Shown: positions 29,365 through 40,134, counted from the first letter of the stretch. The stretch is 64,000 nucleotides of DNA from Pseudomonadota bacterium (GCA_021324455.1 JAJPJA010000159.1:39239-103238), one strand, 5' to 3'. A program made the numbers and translations. The notes: generated by a model not told the origin, from the letters alone.

Positions 29365-29844
29365 TCAGTACTTCCCGCCCAGCTTGGAATGATCCCAACT
29401 GGTAATCTTCTCGGGCACGATCTTCAGTACGACCCGCTTCGGCATGCTGGCTGAGGCTTCGCGCGGGACGCCCGAGGCGCCGCCCTGCGCGTCGCCCATC
29501 CGCCGCCACGCCATCTGCACCTGCGAGGCGTCTTCAATAATCTCGCAATGGCCGCGCACCAGCACACCCTTAAGCTCGTTGTAGATGCGCCCGGTCTCCA
29601 CCATCAGGCCGACCTTCGGATTGCGCCGGATATTCACCACCTTCTGCGCCTTGCCGTAGGAGGTCATGTAAAAGACGCCGTCGCGATAGACGTAGTTCAT
29701 CGCCACAACATGGGGGAATCCATGCTGGTCCAAAGTGGCGAGCGCGGCCTTCTGGTTGTTGGTAAGAAAAGCTTCCTGCTCTTGGGGCGTGAACTTGATC
29801 GATTTTCGTTTACCGGGCATCAGCTTCTTCCTGGCCAGGGTCAT
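29365..29844 (-). CDS. pyridoxamine 5'-phosphate oxidase (PPOX-class) family flavin/F420-binding protein
   Basis: Split-barrel PPOX-like fold (ATLDQHGFPHVVAMNYVYRDGVFYMTS ... LVRGHCEIIED). Confidence 0.65.
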   Translation of the reverse strand: MTLARKKLMPGKRKSIKFTPQEQEAFLTNNQKAALATLDQHGFPHVVAMNYVYRDGVFYMTSYGKAQKVVNIRRNPKVGLMVETGRIYNELKGVLVRGHCEIIEDASQVQMAWRRMGDAQGGASGVPREASASMPKRVVLKIVPEKITSWDHSKLGGKY

Positions 29845-29874
29845 CCAGCGATATCACCGCGATGACGTTGCCGA

Positions 29875-30969
29875 TCAGTTAAGCCCGTACAACTCGGCGA
29901 CGTTGTCATGAACGATCAGCCGGAACTCCTCCTCGGTCAGCCCCTCGCGATGCTCCTTCAGCAGGGCCTGCGAATTGGGCCAGGTGGAGTCGCTGTGCGG
30001 AAAGTCGTTGGCCCACAACAGCCGCCGGATGTTGCACAGGTTCTTCATCTGAAACGCCACCCAGTCGTCCTGGAACGTGGTGTAAACGTTTTCCCTGAAG
30101 TACTCGCTGGGCAGCTTGTTAAGGCGTCCCGACGGCGGCAGCCAGTAGCGATGCCGCTTGTAAGCGTGGTCCATGCGGTACATGAAATGCGGGACCCATC
30201 CGGCGTCAGCCTCCACGCATATCACCTTCAACCTGGGATGCCGCTCGAAGACGCCGCCGAAGACGAACACGCCGAGAATATCCTGGCATCCGCGGATGAT
30301 CGCCATCAGGCCGTTAATCCTGGGTCCGCGCTGGCGCAGCGTATCGGCGCGGCTGGTAAGGATGTGGAAGCTCAGCGGCATCTTCAGATCGACCGCCGCC
30401 TCGTAAAAAGGATCGTAGATCGGGTCGTCGTAATCCTTGATCGCCGGATTCCCCGGCAGCATCACGCCGCGGAAGCCCATCTCTTTCATCTTGCGCAGGT
30501 CGGAAATGCCCTCCTCCGGCGTGCGCATCGCGGTCTGCCCCAGCCCGATCAGCCGGTCCGGGTACGGGGCGCAGTATTCGGCGAGCCATCGGTTATAGGC
30601 GTCGAAGCAGGCCTTTTTGTAGTCGAGGTCGGGATGGTTACACAGGGTCATGCCGAGGCTCGGGTAGAGGACTTCGGCGGCGATACCGTCGCGCTCCTGG
30701 TCGGGAATCCGCGCCCTGGGGTCCCAGCCGCCGCGATGCAAATTGTCGAAGCGCGCGCCCCACACCGCCAGTTCCTCGGGTTTCTTGCCCGCGGCGGCGA
30801 CCAGTCCAATCTGCAGCGGACGGTGAAAACCCTCGACCACGAAAACATCGCCCAGTTTGGGATCGCGCACCATGTGCGGCGCCCGCTCCCTGAATTTGGG
30901 CTCGATATAATTCACGTAAGTTTCCGGCGGCTCGGTAATGTGTGAATCGGCGGAGATCATTCCCTTCAT
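29875..30969 (-). CDS. amidohydrolase-2 family metal-dependent hydrolase/decarboxylase (ACMSD/LigW-like)
   Basis: N-terminal ISADSHITEP metal-ligand His pair and TIM-barrel amidohydrolase_2 features (FHILTS ... WANDFPHSD). Confidence 0.8.
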   Translation of the reverse strand: MKGMISADSHITEPPETYVNYIEPKFRERAPHMVRDPKLGDVFVVEGFHRPLQIGLVAAAGKKPEELAVWGARFDNLHRGGWDPRARIPDQERDGIAAEVLYPSLGMTLCNHPDLDYKKACFDAYNRWLAEYCAPYPDRLIGLGQTAMRTPEEGISDLRKMKEMGFRGVMLPGNPAIKDYDDPIYDPFYEAAVDLKMPLSFHILTSRADTLRQRGPRINGLMAIIRGCQDILGVFVFGGVFERHPRLKVICVEADAGWVPHFMYRMDHAYKRHRYWLPPSGRLNKLPSEYFRENVYTTFQDDWVAFQMKNLCNIRRLLWANDFPHSDSTWPNSQALLKEHREGLTEEEFRLIVHDNVAELYGLN

Positions 30970-31119
30970 CGCGCTGTCCTCCGAACCTGAATATAGCCCA
31001 AAGACCCCGGGGAATGGAGAGCGTGCCGCGGGCTGCAGGGCGCGCCGCGCGGCTTGTCAAATGACTACACAAGGTGCGAGGTTTAGCCCAAATCAAAAGC
31101 ATGCGATTGGAGCGGGACG

Positions 31120-31968
31120 ATGGACTACAGCACGGTCATCTACGAAAAGGTCGAGGATAAAATCCGCCGCCTGACGCTCAACCGGCCTGAAAAGCTCAAC
31201 GCCATGTCGCCCAAACTGCTGCAAGAACTGGACGACGTTTTCAACACCTTCGAAGACGACCCCGACGCCAGCGTGCTGATCATCCGCGGCGCCGGACGCG
31301 CATTCTGCGCCGGATACGATCTCAACGCCGGCTCGTCGTCATCTTCCGCGCCGGCTCCATCGACCCATTCGCGGCCGCGGCGCTTCACGGTCTCGATGGA
31401 CCGCGTCATGTGCCAGCGCATTGTCAACCGATGGCAGCGGTTGTGGTCGCTGCCGAAGCCGACCATCGCGCAGGTGCATGGCTTTTGCCTGGCCGGCGCG
31501 ACCGAGTTCGTCGGCCATTGCGACATCGTCTTCGCCAGCGAGGACGCCACCTTCGGGCATCCCGCGGGCCGCCAACTCGGCGTCCTGCCGTCGCTGTCGC
31601 TGTGGCCGGTGCTGATGGGACCGCGCAAGTCCAAGGAGTACTTCTTCACCGGCGATTCGATGACCGCCCGGGAAGCGCTGGACTGGCATCTGGTCAACCG
31701 CGTCTATCCGCGCGAGAAGCTGGAAGAGGAGACGCTCAACTACGCGCGCCGCGTGGCGCTGGTTTCAGTGGAGCTGCTGGCGCTGCACAAAGCCGCCGTC
31801 AACCGCTACCTGGAAGTGACGGGCTTCCGCGCGGCGGAGCAGTCATCCGCCGATATCGACGTAATTGCGCATAATACCGAGGCGGTCAAAGCCTGGTTCG
31901 AGATGCAGCGCACGATGGGATTGAAAGGAGCGCTGTCGGAGCGCGACCGCAAGTTTCGAAAGAAGTAA
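31120..31968 (+). CDS. enoyl-CoA hydratase/isomerase (crotonase) family protein
   Basis: LNRPEKLNAM, GAGRAFCAGYDL and AQVHGFCLAGATEF, with an atypical Ser-rich insertion between them. Confidence 0.8.
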   Translation: MDYSTVIYEKVEDKIRRLTLNRPEKLNAMSPKLLQELDDVFNTFEDDPDASVLIIRGAGRAFCAGYDLNAGSSSSSAPAPSTHSRPRRFTVSMDRVMCQRIVNRWQRLWSLPKPTIAQVHGFCLAGATEFVGHCDIVFASEDATFGHPAGRQLGVLPSLSLWPVLMGPRKSKEYFFTGDSMTAREALDWHLVNRVYPREKLEEETLNYARRVALVSVELLALHKAAVNRYLEVTGFRAAEQSSADIDVIAHNTEAVKAWFEMQRTMGLKGALSERDRKFRKK

Positions 31969-32146
31969 GGGTCGAGTCCTCCGCCTGCCAGGACCCGAGG
32001 AACCGGGTAATCGCGCTGCCCCCGCCGTCACGGCTCTTCTGAGACTCCGCTCCTTAACAGAAAGTAGAGAGCGTTCCTGATCGATATTGCGTCCGAGCGC
32101 TGGTTTTTCGACGGACGGCAATAAGCTCGGGCCGATCGTGTTGAGG

Positions 32147-32947
32147 CTACGCCGGCTGCTTTAAGGGGGCGCCGCCGGCGGCGGGCGGAGCCTGCGCGGC
32201 GCGGCGGCGCATGTCCATGAAGCCTTCCAAAATATCGATCGGAATCGGGAACAGCGTGGTGGAGTTATGCTCGGCGGCGATCTCCTTGAGCGTCTGCAGA
32301 TAGCGGAGCTGAATCGTGATCGGACTGCGCGCCATGATATCGGCTGCGTCCGCCAGTTTCTGTGCCGCCTGAAATTCGCCCTCGGCGCCGATTATCTTGG
32401 CCCGCCGCTCGCGCTCCGCCTCGGCCTGCGCGGCAATCGCCCGCTGCATGTCCTGCGGCAAATCGATGTTCTTCAGCTCCACCAGCACCACCTTGATCCC
32501 CCACGGTTCGGTCTGCGCGTCGACGATCTCCTGGATTCGCGCGTTGAGCTTCTCGCGCTGGCTCAACAGCTCGTCCAGCTCGGTCTGCCCGCCCACCGAT
32601 CGCAGCGTGGTCTGGGCCAGCTGCAAAGTGGCAAAGAGATAATTCTCCACTTCGACCACTGCGCGCGACGGATCGACCACGCGGAAGTACAGCACCGCGC
32701 TGACTTTGACCGTCACGTTGTCGTGCGTGATGACGTCCTGGGCGGGGATCTCAAGGGTGATAGTGCGCAGGTCGATGCGCAGCATCCGCTCAATTATGGG
32801 AAAGATGAAGATCACACCGGGTCCCCGATAGGGCGTGAGGCGGCCCAAACGGAACACCACCGCGCGCTCATACTCGGCCAACACGTTAAGTCCGCTGAAT
32901 AAAAACAGCACCACGATCAAGACCGCGACCCCGATTGCCACCGCCAT
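32147..32947 (-). CDS. SPFH/band-7 (stomatin-like) membrane protein
   Basis: N-terminal TM followed by the SPFH domain ([11 protein letters not shown] ... [16 protein letters not shown]) and a coiled-coil region [10 protein letters not shown]. Confidence 0.85.
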   Translation of the reverse strand: MAVAIGVAVLIVVLFLFSGLNVLAEYERAVVFRLGRLTPYRGPGVIFIFPIIERMLRIDLRTITLEIPAQDVITHDNVTVKVSAVLYFRVVDPSRAVVEVENYLFATLQLAQTTLRSVGGQTELDELLSQREKLNARIQEIVDAQTEPWGIKVVLVELKNIDLPQDMQRAIAAQAEAERERRAKIIGAEGEFQAAQKLADAADIMARSPITIQLRYLQTLKEIAAEHNSTTLFPIPIDILEGFMDMRRRAAQAPPAAGGAPLKQPA

Positions 32948-33001
32948 TGGATTGCTCCTTTGTTCAGGAAACCGCCTGTTGGGAAACGGCCGCCGGCCGC
33001 T

Positions 33002-34312
33002 TCACGCGCTCGATCCGCAAGAGCCCTGTGTCAGCCCCTGCACTTCCAGCTCCATCCCCTTGACCGCTTTGACGCGCGCCGCCGCTCCCACCTCCAGCCG
33101 CTGTTCGCTGGTCGCGCGCCACATCTCGCCGTGGATGAAGATCCATCCGGCGGCGCCGGGAGCGACCGCCTGCCGAATCTCTCCCACTTCTCCCACCAGT
33201 CCTTCGCGTCCGGTGAGCGCCGGCCTTCTGCGCTCCGCCAGCAGCCATGCCAACCCCGCCATCCCGGCGACCAGCGCGACGGTCACACCCGCGATCGCTC
33301 CCCGATTGATCACCAGGTTGGTCTGCGAGGTATCGATCAGAAACAACGAGCCGAGCACGAAGGCTATCACGCCGCCCAGCCCCAGTATCCCGTGCGAGGG
33401 CGTCAGGACCTCCGCCGTGAGCAGCCCGATTCCCAGCAGGAGCAGCAGCAGGCCGGCGTTGTTGATCGGCAGCACTTGAAACGACATCAGCGCCAGCAAC
33501 AGGCAGATGGCGCCGATCACGCCGGGTGCGTAAACGCCGGGATGCGCGAATTCGAAGTAAAGCCCCAGCAGCCCCGCCATCATCAGCAGGTACACGATAT
33601 TCGGATCGGACAGCTTGTCGATCAGCCGCTCCTTGAGCGTCATTTCGCGATACACAATCGGAGCGCCTTCGAGATCGAGTGTCAGCGTACGCTCGCCGAC
33701 AATCACCCGGCGTCCGCTTGCCTGGCGCATCAGGTCAGTCAGATCGCGCGCTACAATGTCGACCACCTTGAGCCGCAGCGCCTCGCTATCGCCAATCGAC
33801 GCGCTCTGACGCACCGCCTTCTCGACCCACGCCTGATTGCGTCCGCGCTGCTCGGCGATGGTGCGGGCGAAGGACGCGGCGTAGCTTTCCATCTTGGTTG
33901 CCGCGGCGCCCTTCTCTTCCAATCCGCCCATCTCCAGCGGATGCGCCGCGCCAATCGTGGTCCCGGGCGCCATCGCCGCTATATTCGCGGCGATGGTGAT
34001 GAAGGTTCCGGCCGAGGCCGCGCTCGCTCCCGCGGGCGCGACATAGACGATCACCGCAATCGGCGCGCCCAGCAGGTCCTTTACGATGCGCCGCGTGGTG
34101 CTGAGCAGGCCGCCGGGCGTATCCAGTTCGATTACCAGCGCACGGGCGCCGCTGCGCGAAGCGGCTTCGATCGAGCCCTCGATGAAGTCGGCGACGGCCG
34201 GATTGATCGACGAATCGATCTGGATAACCAGAACCGGCGCGGGCGCCGCCTGCGCCCGCGCCATGGTCAGGATCAGGCACAGGGCGGCAACGCCCGGCGC
34301 GATCGGAAACAT
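33002..34312 (-). CDS. NfeD-family membrane-bound ClpP-class serine protease (stomatin operon partner)
   Basis: ClpP-like domain VYVAPAGASAASAGTFI ... GAAHP, multi-TM middle and C-terminal OB domain. Canonical pairing with the SPFH gene. Start at the ATG at 34312 or the TTG at 34369. Confidence 0.8.
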   Translation of the reverse strand: MFPIAPGVAALCLILTMARAQAAPAPVLVIQIDSSINPAVADFIEGSIEAASRSGARALVIELDTPGGLLSTTRRIVKDLLGAPIAVIVYVAPAGASAASAGTFITIAANIAAMAPGTTIGAAHPLEMGGLEEKGAAATKMESYAASFARTIAEQRGRNQAWVEKAVRQSASIGDSEALRLKVVDIVARDLTDLMRQASGRRVIVGERTLTLDLEGAPIVYREMTLKERLIDKLSDPNIVYLLMMAGLLGLYFEFAHPGVYAPGVIGAICLLLALMSFQVLPINNAGLLLLLLGIGLLTAEVLTPSHGILGLGGVIAFVLGSLFLIDTSQTNLVINRGAIAGVTVALVAGMAGLAWLLAERRRPALTGREGLVGEVGEIRQAVAPGAAGWIFIHGEMWRATSEQRLEVGAAARVKAVKGMELEVQGLTQGSCGSSA

Positions 34313-34337
34313 CAACCGGCGCCGGGCCGCGCCGGAT

Positions 34338-35144
34338 TCAGGCTTTGCGCGCAGGGATCTCCTTGCCAAGAGCCTTCATCACCTCCTGGATATCGGCCCA
34401 TACCAGACGCTTGTCGGCGGGATTGCGCAGCAGATAGGCGGGATGGAACGTCGGCATCATGCGGATGCCCCGCAGGTCATGCCAGCGGCCGCGCAATCTG
34501 CTGATCGGGGTCTTGACCCTGAGCAGCGACTGCACCGCGAAGGTTCCCAACCCGACAATCACTTTGGGCCGCACCAGCTCGATCTGGCGCATCAGGAACG
34601 GCTCGCAGGCGGCGACCTCGTCGGGTTCGGGGTTGCGGTTTCCGGGAGGGCGGCATTTGACGACGTTGCAGATGTAAACCTCCTGCCGTCGCAGACGCAT
34701 GCCGCGCTCGATGATGTCGGTGAGAAGCTGGCCCGCGCGGCCGACAAACGGCTCGCCGCGTTCGTCTTCTTCCGCGCCCGGCCCTTCGCCGACGAACATC
34801 AACTCGGCGTTGGGATCGCCGACGCCGAAGACAAGATTGAGGCGTCCGGGCGCCAGCTTGCATCGTTTGCAGTCGCCGATAAATGCCTGCAGCTCCTGCA
34901 GAGTCTGCGTCTTTTCCATTCCCGGGTAGATCGAGAACAACTCCGGCCCCGCTGCTGCCGGGGGCCTGACCGGACGCGGCGGAGCTGCCGGCCGGGCGGC
35001 TTCGGCCGCATCCGGGCCCGCCGCCGCGGCGGGGGGCGGTTCAAAGGGAATCCCCTCCAGACCTTCCTCGCCAAGCTGCGCCAGATAGTCGGAAATTGAG
35101 TCAATCAGGAGGCGTCTGTCAACGGGCGTGGGATCCTGGCTCAT
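34338..35144 (-). CDS. uracil-DNA glycosylase, family 4 (4Fe-4S type), with N-terminal extension
   Basis: CKRCKL and GEGPGAEED motifs, HPAYLLRNP C-terminal motif. Confidence 0.8.
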   Translation of the reverse strand: MSQDPTPVDRRLLIDSISDYLAQLGEEGLEGIPFEPPPAAAAGPDAAEAARPAAPPRPVRPPAAAGPELFSIYPGMEKTQTLQELQAFIGDCKRCKLAPGRLNLVFGVGDPNAELMFVGEGPGAEEDERGEPFVGRAGQLLTDIIERGMRLRRQEVYICNVVKCRPPGNRNPEPDEVAACEPFLMRQIELVRPKVIVGLGTFAVQSLLRVKTPISRLRGRWHDLRGIRMMPTFHPAYLLRNPADKRLVWADIQEVMKALGKEIPARKA

Positions 35145-35235
35145 ATCGGTGCCGGCTTGGAGGCAGCGCTTGCCATTTCAGCGGACATCTTCAACCGGCC
35201 CATCGAAGTTCGCAAGGCGCACCGCGCGGATCTGT

Positions 35236-36480
35236 TCACACCGGCCGCCGCAAAGCGTGCAGGGCGCCCGGGCTTGCGGCGCAGCTCTTTCTGAGCGCCG
35301 CCAGGCGATCGAGAATGATGTCGGCAACCTCATCCTTGCTGGCCTGGGGATAAGGATGCCGGCTGCCATCGGGCGCGATGATGGTCACGATATTGGTATC
35401 GACGCCGAAACCCGCGCCTTCCAGCGTGACGTCGTTGGCAACGATGAGGTCCAGCCCCTTGGATTGCAGCTTGGCAATCGCGTTGCTCTCCGTGTTCTGG
35501 GTTTCCGCGGCGAAGCCGATCAGGATGCGATTGCCTTTGCGCGCGGCCAGCCGCGGCATCTCGTCTTCGATCGGGGCAAGCTCCAGCCGCATCCCCGACG
35601 CCCGTTTCTTGAGCTTGTGGGGCGCCACCGCGGCGGGGCGAAAATCAGCCACCGCCGCCGCCATGATCAAAGTCGTGCACCAGGCGAAGTTGCGCGCGGT
35701 GGCCTCCAGCATCTGCGCCGCGCTCACCGTGTTGATGCGTTCGACGCCGCGCGGAGTCGGCAGCGCCGACGGACCGCTGAGGATCCGGACATCCGCGCCG
35801 CGGCGCCAGGCGGCACGCGCCAGCGCGTAGCCCATTTTGCCCGAGGATCGATTCGACACAAACCGCACCGGATCGATCGCTTCCTGGGTCGGACCGGCGG
35901 TGATCAGGATTTTTTCGCCGGCCAGATCGGGCGGCGTGACCATCCGCTCCAGTTCCTCGACGATTGCCGCCGGATCGCACAGGCGCCCCTTGCCTTCCCA
36001 TCCGCAGGCCAGCGCGCCTTCTTCAGGATCGATGATGCGGACGCCGCGCGCGGCCAGGCGGGCGAGGTTTTCCGTCACCGCCGGATGCCCATACATGTTG
36101 ACGTTCATGGCCGGCGCGAACGCCACCGGGCATCGGGCGGCCAGCAGCACGGTGGTCACGATATCGTCGGCAATACCGGATGCGGCCTTGGCGATGATAT
36201 CGGCGGTGGCGGGGGCGATTACAATGGCGTCGGCATTGTCGGCAAGCCGTATATGGCCGATCTGCGATTCCTGGGTGAGACTGAAGGTTTGCGTGGCGAC
36301 CGGATTGCCGCTCAGAGTCTGCAGCGTCAGCGCAGTGATGAACTCCTGCGCGTTGCGCGTCATCATCACATTGATACGCGCGCCGCGCGTGGACAGCAGC
36401 CGCACCAGTTCCGCCGCTTTATAGGCCGCGATCCCTCCGCTGACGCCGACGACGATCGTTTTGCCGTTAAGCGCACCCAT
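35236..36480 (-). CDS. coaBC: bifunctional phosphopantothenoylcysteine decarboxylase / phosphopantothenate--cysteine ligase
   Basis: Flavoprotein N-domain (KTIVVGVSGGIAAYKA, PAMNVNMYGHPA) and DFP ligase C-domain (ITAGPT ... SNRSSGKMG). Confidence 0.9.
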   Translation of the reverse strand: MGALNGKTIVVGVSGGIAAYKAAELVRLLSTRGARINVMMTRNAQEFITALTLQTLSGNPVATQTFSLTQESQIGHIRLADNADAIVIAPATADIIAKAASGIADDIVTTVLLAARCPVAFAPAMNVNMYGHPAVTENLARLAARGVRIIDPEEGALACGWEGKGRLCDPAAIVEELERMVTPPDLAGEKILITAGPTQEAIDPVRFVSNRSSGKMGYALARAAWRRGADVRILSGPSALPTPRGVERINTVSAAQMLEATARNFAWCTTLIMAAAVADFRPAAVAPHKLKKRASGMRLELAPIEDEMPRLAARKGNRILIGFAAETQNTESNAIAKLQSKGLDLIVANDVTLEGAGFGVDTNIVTIIAPDGSRHPYPQASKDEVADIILDRLAALRKSCAASPGALHALRRPV

Positions 36481-36551
36481 CGTCGGGCCATTCTAACCCA
36501 ATAATAATGGCAGGCGAAACGGCCCCTTGTTGCGCGGCATTGGGGGCCAGG

Positions 36552-37310
36552 TCACTGCGCCAGAGCGCCGCCGTCAACCGTTATTGCGGCGCCGGTGACG
36601 AACGAGGCGGCGTCCGAGCACAGCCACAGGACCGCGTCCGCCACTTCGCGCGGCTCGCCCGGCCGCCCCATCGGCATCGACGGCGGCGCGCCGGTTGCGC
36701 CCAAAATGCGCATCGATTCCTCATGCTTGTGGGTGCGGATTGCGCCCGGCAAGGTGACGTTCACGCGCACCCCCGCTTTGGCGTACTCCAGCGCCGCGGT
36801 GCGCGAGAGCGCCAGCACGCCGCCCTTGGAAGCGGTGTAAGCGCCCAGCAGCGGCGTGGCGGCCATGGCGACCAGCGAACCGGCGTTGACGATCGCGCCG
36901 CCGCCCTGTTTGACCATCTGCGGGATCTCGTACTTCATGCACAGCCAGACGCTGGTGAGATTGAAGGCGATGGTCCATTCCCATTTTTCTTCGGTGCATT
37001 CGGTTAGCGGCACGTAGTACTGGCCGGCGCCGCCCGCGTTGTTGAAGGCGCAATCCAGGCGCCCGAATGCATTGACGGCCGCGCCCACCATCGCCTCGAC
37101 CTCAGAGGCTTTGGTCACGTCGGTCTGGATGAAGATCGCGTCGCCGCCCCGCTGCTGAATCATCCGGACGGTTTCGTTTCCGGTCTCAGGCACGATATCG
37201 ACAACGGCGACCCTGGCTCCCTCCGCGGCGAAGCGCATGGCGGCGGCGCGTCCGATGTTCTGTCCCGCGCCGGTCACCAGCGCGACTTTGCCAACGAAGG
37301 TTCCGGTCAT
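36552..37310 (-). CDS. SDR-family oxidoreductase
   Basis: TGAGQNIG cofactor motif, NNAG, and a catalytic YxxxK-type region (YTASKGG). Confidence 0.85.
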   Translation of the reverse strand: MTGTFVGKVALVTGAGQNIGRAAAMRFAAEGARVAVVDIVPETGNETVRMIQQRGGDAIFIQTDVTKASEVEAMVGAAVNAFGRLDCAFNNAGGAGQYYVPLTECTEEKWEWTIAFNLTSVWLCMKYEIPQMVKQGGGAIVNAGSLVAMAATPLLGAYTASKGGVLALSRTAALEYAKAGVRVNVTLPGAIRTHKHEESMRILGATGAPPSMPMGRPGEPREVADAVLWLCSDAASFVTGAAITVDGGALAQ

Positions 37311-37557
37311 AGGCGCTTCAATCCATAAACGGATTCCGAATCGTTACACGACCGATTTTCCGACGGTGATGGGAATTCTCGGAGCATTTGGTGCTGCAGG
37401 CCGCGCGGAGGCCGCGATCGGCGGGTCGCAGACTGGCAGGCGGCGGCGGTGGGCAAAATGAAGTCCCGGTTCGCGTGTCTCGATATCGACGGGCCTGACA
37501 TCGCATATCGAACGGATGACCTCAGCCGCGCGCATGAGCCCCCAGCTCGAATTGCAA

Positions 37558-39243
37558 CTATTTGTTCGGCGCCAGGGTCTGGCCGGGCAGGTCGCCGGTG
37601 TGATTGCCGTCCTGCAGCAGCATCCTGCCGTTGACGATTACGTGGCTGATACCCTCGGCTTTGGTCACCAGCCGGCGGCCGCCGCGGGGCAGGTCGCGGC
37701 GAATCTCCGGCCGCTCCTCGCATCCGACCTTGTCGCGATCGAAGATCGTAATGTCGGCGGCCATCCCGGGCGCCAGACGGCCGCGGTCGCGCAGCCCGAA
37801 AAACGCCGCCGGCTCCGCCGTGATGCGCCTGACCGCATGCTCCAGCGATAGCATGGCGCGCTCGCGCACGAAGGTGCCGAGCAGGTAGGTGGGATAGCCC
37901 GCGTTGCACAGCATGTCGACGTGGGCGCCGCCGTCGGAGATGCCGATCATGGTGCGCGGATCGCTGAACTTGCGCGCCACCCGTTCGGGGTTGATGTCGA
38001 GCAGCGGGACCATATAGACCAGCTTTAAATCATCTTCGAGCGCCAAATCGAAAAACGTGTCCATCGGATCCTGAGCGCGAGTGCGCGCGATTTGCGCCAC
38101 GCTGCTCCACAAATTGCTTTCCAGCCGCGGGCTGCCGACCTCTTTGACCTGCATGCTCTGCCACCATCGCGGGTCCGCGGCGCGCCTGAACTGGGTCCGG
38201 AACGCCGCGCGGAATTCAGGACTGGAATAGATGCGCTTTTTCTCCTCGACGGTATCGACGGCGAACAGCGGCTTGCAGCATTCAAGCATCCCGAAGATGA
38301 ACGGGTTGCGCAGATGGAACTCGATAATCAGCGGCCGCACCGCGACCTGCGGACGTCCGCCGCGCGCGATCAGCGGCGCCGCCATCTCCAGCGTCTTCAT
38401 GCAGGCCTCGGGATGGTCGTCGGAATCGCGCAGATTAAGCCAGGTCACCGGACGCCCGCTGGCGTCCATCAGCAATTCGATCAACTGGTACTCGCGATCC
38501 GACAGCGTACTGGGACGCCGCGTCAGCGCGATTTCGATCACGCCGCGGCCGGCTTCGCGCAGCACGCCGCCGTACGCGCGCAGCTCGTCGTCGCTGGCCA
38601 GGCGGCAGGCCAGCGGATGTCCCTTGTAGCCCAGATGCTGCGGCATCACGGTGAGCGAAAAGCCCAGCGCGCCGGCGTCGACGGCGCCGGCGAGCAGACG
38701 GCGGATTTGCGCCGTCTCCTCTTCGCTGGCGGCGCGGCTCATCGCGTCCTCGCCCATCACCCAATGCCGAAACGGGGAGAGCGCGGCGAGAAAGCCCAGG
38801 TTGATTCCGCTGCCGCGGCGGCGCGCCGCTTCGATGTAATCAGGGAAGCTCTGCCAATCCCAGGTCAGGCCGCCTTCCAGCACGTCGTAGGGAATCGCCT
38901 CGACATGTTCCAGGTTCCGGGCCGCGATTTCATGTTCCTTTGAAGTGGGCCGGCATGGCGCCAGACCCACGCCGCAGTTGCCCATGATCACGGTCGTCAC
39001 GCCATGCCATGAGGAGCAGCTGACCAGCGGGTCCCAGCAGATCTGGGCGTCGTAATGGGTATGCGGGTCGATAAAGCCGGGGCTGACGATCAGGTCCGCG
39101 GCGTCGATCGTGCGCGCCGCCGGTCCGTCCACGCCGCCGACCTCGACGATGCGTCCGGCTTGCACCGCGACGTTGCCGCGATAAGCCGGCGCGCCGCTGC
39201 CGTCCACGACAGTTCCGTTTTTGATCAGCAGATCGTAGGCCAT
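37558..39243 (-). CDS. N-acyl-D-amino-acid deacylase (D-aminoacylase) family amidohydrolase
   Basis: LLIKNGTVVDGSG, PGFIDPHTHYD and the inserted beta-domain; 561 aa. Confidence 0.8.
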   Translation of the reverse strand: MAYDLLIKNGTVVDGSGAPAYRGNVAVQAGRIVEVGGVDGPAARTIDAADLIVSPGFIDPHTHYDAQICWDPLVSCSSWHGVTTVIMGNCGVGLAPCRPTSKEHEIAARNLEHVEAIPYDVLEGGLTWDWQSFPDYIEAARRRGSGINLGFLAALSPFRHWVMGEDAMSRAASEEETAQIRRLLAGAVDAGALGFSLTVMPQHLGYKGHPLACRLASDDELRAYGGVLREAGRGVIEIALTRRPSTLSDREYQLIELLMDASGRPVTWLNLRDSDDHPEACMKTLEMAAPLIARGGRPQVAVRPLIIEFHLRNPFIFGMLECCKPLFAVDTVEEKKRIYSSPEFRAAFRTQFRRAADPRWWQSMQVKEVGSPRLESNLWSSVAQIARTRAQDPMDTFFDLALEDDLKLVYMVPLLDINPERVARKFSDPRTMIGISDGGAHVDMLCNAGYPTYLLGTFVRERAMLSLEHAVRRITAEPAAFFGLRDRGRLAPGMAADITIFDRDKVGCEERPEIRRDLPRGGRRLVTKAEGISHVIVNGRMLLQDGNHTGDLPGQTLAPNK

Positions 39244-39372
39244 CGCGCAGCCCTCCCTGATCAGGACATTGCGCGCCCCCTCGGCGCAAAGTCAAGCCGT
39301 TGCGGGGCTGGCAATAAGACCCACCCGCGGCCATCATACGGCTGACATAACCAGGGCAGCGGGAGTCAAACC

Positions 39373-40134
39373 ATGGCGGGAATGCTTGAGGGCAAATGCG
39401 CGCTGATCACGGGCGCGGGAACGGGAATCGGACGCGGCGCCGCGCTGTGTTTCGCGCGCCACGGCGCACGCGTCGCAGTGGCCGATATCGCGTCCGAAAC
39501 CGGCGAGGAAACCGTCCGCATGATCAAGGCGGACGGCGGGGACGCCATCTTCATCAGGTGCAACGTGGCCGCGGCCGCCGAGGTCAAGGCCATGGTCGAG
39601 CGCGCGGTGGCGGCCTTCGGACGGCTGGACTGCGCCTTCAACAATGCCGGCGTCGAGGCCTCTTTGCTCAAACTTGCCGACGACAGCGAAGAGAACTTCG
39701 ATCGCCTCGTGTCGATCAATCTGAAGGGCGTATGGTTGTGCATGAAGCACGAGATTCATCAGATGACCGCGCAGGGCGGCGGCGCCATCGTCAATACCGC
39801 CTCGACCGCGGGTGTCGTCGGCACCGAGCTTCACGCGATCTACTGCGCGACCAAGTTCGGCGTGATCGGCCTGACCAAAACCGGCGCAATCGAATACGCC
39901 AGAGAGGGCATCCGCATCAATGCGGTTTGCCCGGGCGGCACGGAAACCCCGATGCTCCAGCGGCTGATTCCCGAACTCAAGCAGCGCGGACGCGTGATGG
40001 GACGGATGACGCCGCTGGCGCGCACCGCCCAGCCCGAGGAGATAGGCGAGGCGGCGGCGTGGCTGTGCTCGGATCGCGCGTCGTTCGTCACCGGACACGC
40101 GCTGGTAGCCGACGGCGGGTTGACGGTTCAGTGA
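39373..40134 (+). CDS. SDR-family oxidoreductase
   Basis: TGAGTGIG, NNAG, YCATKFG. Confidence 0.85.
   Translation: MAGMLEGKCALITGAGTGIGRGAALCFARHGARVAVADIASETGEETVRMIKADGGDAIFIRCNVAAAAEVKAMVERAVAAFGRLDCAFNNAGVEASLLKLADDSEENFDRLVSINLKGVWLCMKHEIHQMTAQGGGAIVNTASTAGVVGTELHAIYCATKFGVIGLTKTGAIEYAREGIRINAVCPGGTETPMLQRLIPELKQRGRVMGRMTPLARTAQPEEIGEAAAWLCSDRASFVTGHALVADGGLTVQ

Noticed and set aside
32960-34504. 514-aa ORF on the plus strand
   Set aside because: Antisense overprint of the NfeD gene; extremely Arg/Gly/Asp-rich with no motifs, so spurious.
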